From: Pyrodictiaceae archaeon
GTDB lineage: Archaea; Thermoproteota; Thermoprotei_A; Sulfolobales; WANQ01
Reading direction: 5' to 3'
DNA length: 64,000 bases
NCBI GenBank assembly: GCA_015521735.1
Contig: WANQ01000023.1
Span: forward strand, 63,169-127,168
Shown here: piece after piece, positions 55,968-64,000 of the stretch
Layout of the letters: each line of letters begins with the position of its first letter
Position numbering within the stretch: the stretch's first letter is position 1
The notes under the pieces: model-generated
Told to the model about the DNA's origin: nothing
The model's database searches: none
What the model saw: the letters and a program-made list of their open reading frames with translations, nothing else
Made by a program: the position numbers and the translations under genes

Positions 55968-56432
55968 CTATTTACTCTTCTTCTCCAAGACTATTAGCTT
56001 ATCATGTAATCCTAGTTTACGTGCAAAACGTATTATGTTTTCATCACTTGTAGCTAGTATTAAGCCTTTATTATTTAACCAAATAGCACATAGTATTGCA
56101 TCAAACAAGTATATTTCACCTCTACTACCCCTAAAATACTCCTCGTACTCTACAAGCAGTTTACCTGCCAACGCTAAATCCCTAGTAGTAACGTTGACTA
56201 CTCTTATTCTTGGAGCATAGACTAGGTTCTCTACAAACAAGCTATACCTAGCTAGCTCTACTACACCCTTAGCCTTCACTATAGGGTAGAAAGCCTCAAT
56301 AATAGACGTAACCGGTATAACTAGAACATTCCCTCTCCTCAACTCTAATACATGGCTCCTATAAGCTGAATCACGGAAATAGAGTGCCCATAAACATACA
56401 GTATCACATAGCACCTCCATAACAAGCACCAA
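55968..56432 (-). CDS. PIN-domain protein (VapC-like)
   Basis: N-terminal VLCDTVCL provides the Asp. ATSDENIIRFARKLG near the C-terminus provides the distal acidic residue. The length is ~150 aa. Confidence 0.7.
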   Translation of the reverse strand: MVLVMEVLCDTVCLWALYFRDSAYRSHVLELRRGNVLVIPVTSIIEAFYPIVKAKGVVELARYSLFVENLVYAPRIRVVNVTTRDLALAGKLLVEYEEYFRGSRGEIYLFDAILCAIWLNNKGLILATSDENIIRFARKLGLHDKLIVLEKKSK

Positions 56433-56515
56433 ACTGTTACGTTAACCTAGGTTACCACATAACCCTAATTAACCTTATTAATACTCAGCACCAAGTATAC
56501 TTTAGGAGACAAGAT

Positions 56516-56776
56516 ATGCAGGTTATCGGTAAGACGAAAATTTATGCCAAGGGCATTGTTAAGATACCAGTAGCTGCTAGAAGAGCACTAAAGCTATCTG
56601 AAGGCGATGAACTAGTAGTAGCAGTAAATAATGGTAAAATAGAGCTTATCCCAGCCAAAGAATTTGACCCAATAGAACTATACTCCTCAACTCTAGGCAA
56701 AGTAGATGAGGAAGAAGTAATCACCACGTCTAAGAAAGAACTTGCATTATTGCTGGCTGGAAAGAATCTAGAATAG
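56516..56776 (+). CDS. AbrB/SpoVT-type DNA-binding protein (antitoxin-like)
   Basis: The motif is AKGIVKIPVAARRALKLSEGDELVVAVNNGKIELIP. It is divergently oriented from the PIN gene 83 nt away. Confidence 0.7.
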   Translation: MQVIGKTKIYAKGIVKIPVAARRALKLSEGDELVVAVNNGKIELIPAKEFDPIELYSSTLGKVDEEEVITTSKKELALLLAGKNLE

Positions 56777-56946
56777 AAGTAGGCATCTATAGCTAGTCGA
56801 CATAATCATAAGCATTGTATAATCAACACTCTAATGGAAAATAACATTACTAGAAGTACAATAATAGGATTAAAGTAGAGGTAATGTTGTAAAAAATGTA
56901 GCCTACTATTTCTTCTTGCTTACTCGTTAGTAGGTATCTTTTATGG

Positions 56947-57828
56947 CTAGAGGTGTGCTACTACTTTCTTCATTATTTCTGCGTATAGTGTTATTGTGTC
57001 TTCGTATTTTGTTTCAGGTGTACCAGTGTATATTAGGTGCATTCTTAGTGGTAGCTCTTTCTCTCGAACTTCTCTAACCATGAATTTTGCTAATGCTTCA
57101 GCTAGAGGTTCTAGGCTTGGATAACCCTTACCTAAGGGTACTCTTTTCTTAAGAAGTCTTCTACCAAAGTATATACCTGTTACCTGTGCAAACCTTAAGC
57201 TAAGGAACCCCTTGCTTAGTGGTAGTGTTTTCCTCAATATATTTAGCCAGAAGTCTACTGTAGCTTCTTTATCAGCTCTATGGAAGTCTCCGTGCTCGTC
57301 TATGTGGAATTCGTACATGAATATGTTTTCTAGTTGGAGAGATATTATTACTCTATCACTGTTAACTGCTTCAATAATAGCTCTTATCTCGTCGACACTA
57401 CCAAGCTGTCTACGTGTATAAGTTGTTTCTAGGGATATGTACATGTTCTCTGGTGTCTCCTTTAGTAACTCCTTTATCATGTCAGCTGCAAGGTCTACAT
57501 CCTTTTGTCCACCATAGACTTTCCACCCAAGGTGTAGGTTGAACACCTCTGCTCCAGCTAGTGCTGCGCTCCTTATAGCTGCCTTCATAGCCTTCAATAC
57601 CCTCTGCCTAACCATCTTACTATCACTTACAATGTTATAGTATGGTGCATGTGCTGTAACAGTGGTAAAAGCCTTGGAGGCAAACTCCTTATATGATTCA
57701 AAGTATTCTGGTCCACGACTCCTCCTTGAGAAGTCTGCTGGAGGTATTTCTGTTAACTTCATTCCAAGTGTTGCTGACTTAGCTAGTGTTGATAGAGAAT
57801 TATATGTTCCCCAATCAAATAACAACAT
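56947..57828 (-). CDS. xylose-isomerase-like TIM-barrel protein (AP endonuclease family 2 / Endo IV-like, divergent)
   Basis: HAPYYNIVSD, VFNLHLGW and ISLETT are spaced as in the endonuclease IV / sugar-phosphate isomerase TIM barrel. Confidence 0.55.
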   Translation of the reverse strand: MLLFDWGTYNSLSTLAKSATLGMKLTEIPPADFSRRSRGPEYFESYKEFASKAFTTVTAHAPYYNIVSDSKMVRQRVLKAMKAAIRSAALAGAEVFNLHLGWKVYGGQKDVDLAADMIKELLKETPENMYISLETTYTRRQLGSVDEIRAIIEAVNSDRVIISLQLENIFMYEFHIDEHGDFHRADKEATVDFWLNILRKTLPLSKGFLSLRFAQVTGIYFGRRLLKKRVPLGKGYPSLEPLAEALAKFMVREVREKELPLRMHLIYTGTPETKYEDTITLYAEIMKKVVAHL

Positions 57829-57898
57829 ATTCTAGCTCCCGAGAACAATATCTGATAGACTAGTAGATAAAATATCTTTAGCTAAACATTAGAATATC

Positions 57899-59293
57899 CT
57901 ACTGCTTTACAACACCCTTGTATCTAGCATACCTTAGTAATGCTCCTAGCGCTGATACAGCTCTCTCAGGTATAGGATATGATGGTATACCGTTGCGGTT
58001 AAGGTGCTTCATAGCCTCATATACGTCTTCACCACCAATCATTGATACTACTATTGGCTTCTCTATACCATCTCTACGTGCTTCATCCCTAGCCTTGATT
58101 ATAACGTTAGCTAGCTCCATGGGGTCACATACAGCTGTTCTACAATACAGTACTATTATCGAGTGAACACGTTCATCATATAACGCCTCCTTTATTGCAC
58201 CATAGTATTCCTTTGGAGTAGCCATTCCAGTAAGATCTACTGGGTTCTTAGGGCTACCAAACCATGGCATGTGTTTACGGAATTTCTCCTTCAAGTCTTC
58301 TGGTGGATCCATAAGGTTTACCCCGTAGTCTGCTGCAGCATCAGTAGCCATAACACCAGCACCACCACCATTAGTTATTATTACAGCATTTTCTCCCCTA
58401 GGTAACGGTAGTAGTGCAAATGCGCGTGCCCAGTCAAACATTTCCTCAATATTCAGTGCTCTCAAAATACCTGTTTGCTTCATAGCAGCATCGTAGACCT
58501 TGTCTGCTCCAGCAAGACTACCAGTATGGCTTGCTGCAGCTGCTGCTCCACGCTCTGATCTACCAGACTTTACTACTATTACGGGCTTCTTCTCTGAAAC
58601 CTTCCTCATTACTTCTAGGAATTTACGGCCAGTACCTGGCTTAAGGCCTTCAAGGTATATTGTTATAACCTTAGTGTTAGGGTCTTCTGCAAGGTATTCT
58701 GAAACCTCCATAACGTCTATGTCAGCCATATTACCCATACTTACTACTGCTGACAAGCCTATTTCCTCTAGAATAGTCCATCCCATTAAAGCTATACCCA
58801 ATGCTCCACTCTGCGTTATAAACGCTATTCCTCCAGGCAGTATGTCCTTAGGCCCAAAAGTAGCATTCATTTTATGGGGTGTATAGGCTATACCGAAGAT
58901 ATTGGGTCCTAGAACCCTCATACCATACTCATGTGCTGTTTTTACAAGCTTTTCCTCAAGCTCCTCATTACCTACCTCACTAAACCCAGCCGTAATCACT
59001 ACTAATACCTTTACCCCCTTCTCACCACACTCTTTCACAGCATTGAGTACTTTTTCTGCTGGAATAGAGATTACAGCCATATCCACTTCATCAGGAATAT
59101 CCTTGACACTAGGATAAGCCTTTAATCCTAGAATCTCCTTAGCCTTAGGGTTAACAGGATATATCTTTCCCTTAAAGCCATACTCTATTAAGTTCTTTAC
59201 TATGGCATGCCCTATCTTACCTGGCTTAGTTGATGCACCAATAACTGCTATACTCCTAGGCTTAAACAATGGCTCTAATTCTCTAGGGTTCAT
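57899..59293 (-). CDS. acetate--CoA ligase (ADP-forming), alpha subunit / CoA-binding domain protein
   Basis: N-terminal RSIAVIGASTKPGKIGHAIVKNL is the CoA-binding Rossmann segment. The phosphohistidine loop is AAAASHTGSLAG. The 464-aa length matches archaeal ACD alpha subunits. Confidence 0.8.
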   Translation of the reverse strand: MNPRELEPLFKPRSIAVIGASTKPGKIGHAIVKNLIEYGFKGKIYPVNPKAKEILGLKAYPSVKDIPDEVDMAVISIPAEKVLNAVKECGEKGVKVLVVITAGFSEVGNEELEEKLVKTAHEYGMRVLGPNIFGIAYTPHKMNATFGPKDILPGGIAFITQSGALGIALMGWTILEEIGLSAVVSMGNMADIDVMEVSEYLAEDPNTKVITIYLEGLKPGTGRKFLEVMRKVSEKKPVIVVKSGRSERGAAAAASHTGSLAGADKVYDAAMKQTGILRALNIEEMFDWARAFALLPLPRGENAVIITNGGGAGVMATDAAADYGVNLMDPPEDLKEKFRKHMPWFGSPKNPVDLTGMATPKEYYGAIKEALYDERVHSIIVLYCRTAVCDPMELANVIIKARDEARRDGIEKPIVVSMIGGEDVYEAMKHLNRNGIPSYPIPERAVSALGALLRYARYKGVVKQ

Positions 59294-59423
59294 AATGCGA
59301 AATCACCAGCTATTACTTGACAAATACTTGTTTTTAACTCTTAGCATTATCGTACTTCGACTATAGTCGAAGCAACCAGTTTTACTCAGTCATTCAACAA
59401 TACTACTAGGTGTACATAGCACT

Positions 59424-60347
59424 TTGAAGTCCATAGCAGTTGTTGGCAGTATTCACGTTGACTTCGTTATACGCGTTCCAAGACTACCCTTAAAAGGTGA
59501 AACCATTATCGGTGAAGACTTCAACATATACCCTGGAGGTAAAGGCGCTAACCAATGCCTTGGAGTAGCTCGCCTAGGCGTTAAAGCATACATGATTGGA
59601 AGAGTTGGCGACGACTTTCTAGCAGACATAGCATTAAGAAACCTTAGAGCTGAGGAAAACATAGTACTAGACTACGTTAAAACCACCAAGAACGTTCACA
59701 CAGGTATAGCTTTCATACTAGTTGACTCACAGGGAGAAAACATCATAGCCGTAGCACCCGGTGCCGACAAACACCTTTCTCCTAGGGATGTCGATGAATT
59801 CATAGAAAGCGTTAACAACTTCAACGTACTGCTCACTCAACTAGAAATACCTTTAAGCACAGTACTACACGCTCTAATAAGAGCATCTAGGATAGGAGCT
59901 CTAACAATACTTAACCCTGCACCCGCCAAGAAAATACCTGAAGAAGCATACAAGTACATAGACGTACTAACACCTAACAAAGTAGAACTCGAAACACTTA
60001 CAGGGATGAGAGTAAAATCGATAAATGATGTAGTAAAGGCTTCAAAATTACTATTAGAAAAAGGCGTTAAGATAGCCGTAGTAACAACTCTAGGAGCACA
60101 AGGCGTACTTGTAACCACCAAGGACTCAGTAACTCATATACCAGCACTTAAGGTAAAAGTCGTTGACACTACTGGTGCAGGAGATGCATTTAACGCTGGA
60201 CTAACAGTAGCATTAGCTGAAGGAAAAGACATAGTCAGTGCAAGCAAATGGGCTAACACCGTGGCAGCTCTAAAAGTAACTAAAATGGGTGCACAAGAAG
60301 GATTACCAAGAAGAAATGAAGTTGAAAACTTGTTGCCAAAGTCTTGA
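59424..60347 (+). CDS. rbsK: ribokinase
   Basis: The motifs are GGKGANQ and VVDTTGAGDAFNAG. The 307-aa length fits. Confidence 0.8.
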   Translation: MKSIAVVGSIHVDFVIRVPRLPLKGETIIGEDFNIYPGGKGANQCLGVARLGVKAYMIGRVGDDFLADIALRNLRAEENIVLDYVKTTKNVHTGIAFILVDSQGENIIAVAPGADKHLSPRDVDEFIESVNNFNVLLTQLEIPLSTVLHALIRASRIGALTILNPAPAKKIPEEAYKYIDVLTPNKVELETLTGMRVKSINDVVKASKLLLEKGVKIAVVTTLGAQGVLVTTKDSVTHIPALKVKVVDTTGAGDAFNAGLTVALAEGKDIVSASKWANTVAALKVTKMGAQEGLPRRNEVENLLPKS

Positions 60348-60434
60348 ATAACCCTATGTGATACTCCCCGTAATTTTATTTAATTAAGTAACTCAGCTAA
60401 AATGTTTATGGCCTATATCTACTACTTAGACTAC

Positions 60435-61751
60435 CTACCCTAGTATTATCCAGAGTATTTCGTAAAGTACCCAGCCAGTTACTACGCTTACGGTGTTGAA
60501 GGGTAGGCTTATTTTTATGAACTCTTTAAAGCTGACATTATAGCCTTTCTTCTCTAGGATTCTTACAGCTGTTACATTTGCTGATGCACCAATGTATGTT
60601 AGGTTTCCTCCAAGGGTTGTTCCTAAGAGTAAAGCCCATGCAATTGTTATAGGCTCTACTCCTAAGTCAAGTGCTATTGCCGATACAACTGGTAGCATAG
60701 TGGTGGTATAAGGAATGTTATCTATGAATGCTGACACAATTACCGATAACCATACGAGTGAGCTTGTAACGAGAACGAGGTTTCTTACACCAATACTGGT
60801 AATGTAGTCTGCAGCCATGGAGGCTAGCCCGTATTTAGCGAAAGCACCAGATAAAGTAAATACACCAGTTAAGAATAATAGTAGTTTCCATTCAAAACCA
60901 TTCTTTAAAGCACTTACAACATGCCTTTTATCGCCGTGTATAAGCCTTGTAAGTGTTAATCCTCCAACAGAAATCAATGCTACTAGGCTTAAGGGTAAGT
61001 GAACTATATGCCTAATACTCAAAAGCATTATCTTTATAACTAAGAATAGCGAAGCTTCACCTAGAAACACCTTATCTAAAACTCCACCATGTTCTTCTAC
61101 ATCTAAGTTCTCCAAAGCTATAGTGTGTTTAGGTTCTACGCTCTTCTTAGTTATTAGGGCTAAGGTAAGACATGCTAGTATCATGGGTATTAGTGTGAAG
61201 AAGAACATTGAGGGCTTACCATTATACCATATGAAGTCGGTAAATGAGAGCCCAAAGTATCCTGCAGTAATTATAGCTGGAGGATCACCTATCATTGTAG
61301 CTGAACCAGCCATGTTGGAGGCGAGAGCAACACCAATTAAGACAGGGACTGGGTTAATGTCTAGGTACTTAGCCATTCTCAAAGCTATTGGAGCGAACAG
61401 TAATACAACACTTACATTCTCTAAGGCAATACTAACTAAGCCGGCAGTAAAGCTAAGCCAAAAGACAAGTTTTAAAGGACTAGTAAGCATTCTACGTAGA
61501 AACCTTGCAGTAACCTCCATAAGCCCTGATTCTTCAAGATAAACAGTTAGTATGCTCATACCAAGTATAAGTCCTAGTACATCCCAGTCAACATAATATA
61601 CTACTTCGCCTAAACTAACAGCACCAGAAACAATCAGTGCTATGAGAATAATTAAGCCAACCCAATGACGCTCAATCCTACCCCAAGCAACTAAACCCAC
61701 GAGCAGGCCAAGCAATGCAATTACTAGATATTGGTAAACAACCCCATACAC
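60435..61751 (-). CDS. ArsB/NhaD-superfamily anion/citrate-type permease
   Basis: 438 aa with about 11-12 TM helices and internally duplicated halves. The segments GDPPAIITAG and TLGGNLTYIGASANV are typical of this permease superfamily. Confidence 0.65.
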   Translation of the reverse strand: MYGVVYQYLVIALLGLLVGLVAWGRIERHWVGLIILIALIVSGAVSLGEVVYYVDWDVLGLILGMSILTVYLEESGLMEVTARFLRRMLTSPLKLVFWLSFTAGLVSIALENVSVVLLFAPIALRMAKYLDINPVPVLIGVALASNMAGSATMIGDPPAIITAGYFGLSFTDFIWYNGKPSMFFFTLIPMILACLTLALITKKSVEPKHTIALENLDVEEHGGVLDKVFLGEASLFLVIKIMLLSIRHIVHLPLSLVALISVGGLTLTRLIHGDKRHVVSALKNGFEWKLLLFLTGVFTLSGAFAKYGLASMAADYITSIGVRNLVLVTSSLVWLSVIVSAFIDNIPYTTTMLPVVSAIALDLGVEPITIAWALLLGTTLGGNLTYIGASANVTAVRILEKKGYNVSFKEFIKISLPFNTVSVVTGWVLYEILWIILG

Positions 61752-61960
61752 AGCTCCTTAAACCTCTCCCCACATACTACGAACAGTATTAGTCTTAAGA
61801 ATTACCCTAACGATTTCCAACAAACATGCAGTAACACGTTATCTAGAAGCTTAACCTATATAACCAGATAAGCAATTGAGAAACACGTCAAAATACACAG
61901 TGGCAACTTGGCGTATCAGCGAAATAGCTTTTAATTAATTAAAAGTATTAGGCTAGGAGA

Positions 61961-63118
61961 CTAGGTAAGTGCTTGACTTAAATCCTCTATTAGATCATTT
62001 ACATCCTCTAATCCTACGGAAAGTCTTAGCAGGTTATCTGTTATCCCCAGTCTTCTCCTATCTTCTGGTGGTATGTATTTTGCAGCAGCAGCACTTGCTA
62101 TTGATATAAGCGATTCTGTTCCTCCAAGACTTGGAGCAGGTTTTATTATTTTAAGCTTTTTCATGAATCTTACTATGTAATCTCTATCACCCTTTACCTT
62201 AAAGCTTACAACAGCTCCATAGAGATTCCTTAAGAACAACTTCTTCGCTATATCATGGTATTCACTACTACTTAGTCCAGGATACATGACTTCTTCGATA
62301 CGTGGGTGCTCGTTTAGGTATTCGGCAATTACCTGTGCATTCCTTGACTCTTTTTCAAACCTGACATCTAAGGTCTTAATCCCCCTAAGTACTAGGTAGG
62401 CTTCAAAAGGTTGTTGTAGAGTACCCATAATTCTTCTCCAATCCCATAGCTCTCTAATATCATTATATGCACCTGCAACTACACCGCCTATTACATCATT
62501 GTGTCCTGCTAAGTATTTAGTAACGCTGTGGATGACTAGTTTAGCGCAAAGTTTTGCTGGTTTTAAGAGTATTGGTGTTGTAAAGGTATTATCAACAATT
62601 ATTATGGTGTTCTCGTTTGGTATGTTCTCGCAAACATATTTTAGGTCTATGATTTTTAGTGTTGGATTAGTCATTACCTCCATGAATACTATGGACGTAT
62701 TCCTATCCATGGCTTCAACTATATCTTTAGCTGAGGGCCATACCTTAACTAACTTAAACTTAAGCTTACTTGACAGTTTCTCGAGAAGTTGTAGGGTAGT
62801 ACTATACATTTCAATGGGTACTATAACTTTGGATTCAGATTCTACGTACTTAATTATTGAAGTAGAAATAGCTGCCATACCGCTAGCAAAGGCTAATGCA
62901 TCATCTGTTTCCTCGAGTCTAGCTATGACTCTCTCAAGAGCTCTTAGTGTTGGGTTTTCCTCACGTGTATACTTGATTACGAAGTTTCTATCACTTCTTA
63001 TAGCGTGGTCTTCATCTATGAACCTAAATATTGCACTTAAGTATATTGGAGGTATTATTGAGCCATAAACATCTTCCTCCATGTGCCCATGCACAGCAAT
63101 TGTTCTATCATGGCGCAT
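61961..63118 (-). CDS. Cys/Met-metabolism PLP-dependent enzyme (cystathionine gamma-synthase / beta-lyase / gamma-lyase family)
   Basis: The PLP-lysine motif is HSVTKYLAGHNDVIGG. Also present are N-terminal TIAVHGH and C-terminal LRLSVGLEDVNDLIEDL. Confidence 0.85.
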   Translation of the reverse strand: MRHDRTIAVHGHMEEDVYGSIIPPIYLSAIFRFIDEDHAIRSDRNFVIKYTREENPTLRALERVIARLEETDDALAFASGMAAISTSIIKYVESESKVIVPIEMYSTTLQLLEKLSSKLKFKLVKVWPSAKDIVEAMDRNTSIVFMEVMTNPTLKIIDLKYVCENIPNENTIIIVDNTFTTPILLKPAKLCAKLVIHSVTKYLAGHNDVIGGVVAGAYNDIRELWDWRRIMGTLQQPFEAYLVLRGIKTLDVRFEKESRNAQVIAEYLNEHPRIEEVMYPGLSSSEYHDIAKKLFLRNLYGAVVSFKVKGDRDYIVRFMKKLKIIKPAPSLGGTESLISIASAAAAKYIPPEDRRRLGITDNLLRLSVGLEDVNDLIEDLSQALT

Positions 63119-63122
63119 AATA

Positions 63123-63665
63123 TCACCTAATAACTCTTACTCCATGCCTTAAAATCCTAGTTACATATAACTTGGCTTCTACGCCTAAGCTTTTCAAGTA
63201 GTTAACAAGTATTCTACCAGTGTTTCCAGCCTTCTCCATGCTATCGCATATTGAGAATACTGATGGGCCTACTCCTGCTATGTTGAATCCTAGTGCTCCA
63301 CTACTTAGTGCAAGCTTCTTAAGATCCCAATAATACTCTACAAGCCTAGACCTATAGGGCTCAACAACAAAATCAGAAGAGACAGCTTCACCAAACAAAC
63401 TTAAATCGCCAACATGTAACGCATGAACTAGCTTACCTACACTAGCTATTGATGCAGGTGCCTCAACAACTACTCTAACACTATTAACACTTGTTAGAGA
63501 ACCATGATGAGACATATTAGCTGTGCTTCCATGGATTCCACTACTTTTAGAACTAACCTGTAGAATATATGGTTTAAATCTTAAACTAGGTTCTATGACA
63601 TTATGTGAATGTATCGCATTTGGCGCATCATATACACCTAGCTCTACATGCCAAATAACACCTTT
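63123..63665 (-). pseudogene. GHMP-kinase (homoserine-kinase-like) C-terminal remnant
   Basis: The C-terminal half is well conserved (VVEPYRSRL...SGALGFNIAGVGPSVFSI...). The frame is open only to the stop at 63666-63668 and the first start is ATG 63515. The GLGSS-type region is degenerate (SSGIHGSTAN). I found no PATSANLGPGFD-type N-terminus in any upstream frame. Confidence 0.4.
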
Positions 63666-63858
63666 TTAAACATCACTTTAAACAACACTTGTAGAATCCT
63701 ATTTTAAGAGGTAAAGGTTAAGCCAAGACAGTTCTTTATCTTAGAACTGTTTCTGGAAACCAATACTGGATTGACGGATGTACAAGATAGTTTACATAAA
63801 TGTCCAAGCGTATTCAGTTAAATTAGGAAGCTAGTATGGTTCCTAGTTTCTAGAAGGT

Positions 63859-64000
63859 TTATGTTTCTACTCCTTTATCCTTAACATAATAGTATACGCG
63901 TCCACCACTAGCCCTCTTACCAATAATACCCTGCTTTTCAAGTCTCTTGAGTCTCCTATAGAGTGGTGTTTTAGGTATTCCTGTCTTCTCAATGAGTTCT
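63859..64000 (-). CDS. winged-helix transcriptional regulator, C-terminal part (N-terminus beyond the window end)
   Basis: My minus-strand translation is ...ELIEKTGIPKTPLYRRLKRLEKQGIIGKRASGGRVYYYVKDKGVET*, an HTH recognition helix plus wing. Confidence 0.5.
   Translation of the reverse strand, partial: ELIEKTGIPKTPLYRRLKRLEKQGIIGKRASGGRVYYYVKDKGVET

Noticed and set aside
63733-63756. 8-bp hairpin ACAGTTCT-(loop)-AGAACTGT followed by TTCT, considered as a terminator
   Set aside because: It is short and AT-rich and lies about 100 nt from the nearest stop codon. Archaeal termination relies mainly on T-tracts, so the evidence is insufficient.
1-64000. Whole-window scan for CRISPR arrays, IS elements/transposases, integrases, and tRNA or rRNA genes
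   Set aside because: I found no regularly spaced direct repeats, no DDE/serine/tyrosine recombinase-like ORFs and no GC-rich tRNA- or rRNA-like islands in the intergenic regions. This absence is by eye only and should be confirmed with tRNAscan-SE, Infernal and a CRISPR finder.

Overview
The window is a gene-dense, low-GC stretch that looks archaeal, of the hyperthermophilic crenarchaeon (Desulfurococcales-like) type. The supporting signs are I/K/E/V/R-rich proteins, an ADP-forming acetyl-CoA synthetase, an AEP primase, Lrp/AsnC regulators, VapBC modules and archaeal-type ABC binding proteins with S/T/P linkers. I found no rRNA, tRNA, CRISPR array, transposase or integrase. Most of the window is ordinary metabolism and housekeeping:
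- hydantoinase A/B
- four radical-SAM enzymes
- aminotransferase, nitroreductase, HisRS, ribokinase, a second PfkB kinase and a cystathionine gamma-synthase-like enzyme
- a divergent peptide/hydantoin-type uptake locus: two Asp/Glu/hydantoin racemase paralogues, a DUF917-like protein, a Dpp/Opp-type ABC transporter and two M29-like aminopeptidases
- two VapBC-type modules flanking an SF2 helicase
- a secreted thermonuclease
- an Lrp/permease/thioredoxin-like operon.

The stand-out is a cluster at about 19.0-28.3 kb. It is built around an 877-aa protein whose N-terminus carries the tubulin/FtsZ GTPase motifs (GLGGAGTN, an exact GGGTGSG, and a T7-like DIAD) fused to a roughly 400-aa coiled coil. 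Its neighbours are a type-I membrane protein, a co-linear but glycine-motif-less FtsZ-like paralogue, an 855-aa polytopic-membrane/helical protein, a helical protein and a K+ channel. I read this as a candidate undescribed cytoskeletal or membrane-remodelling system.

Secondary observations:
- a 16-bp GC helix closed by a consensus kink-turn loop in an intergenic region
- a hydantoinase A gene whose conserved N-terminus has no in-frame start codon
- a racemase paralogue missing one catalytic Cys
- a truncated homoserine-kinase-like remnant and a half-MFS remnant.

All functional calls rest on motif recognition by eye; no database search was run.
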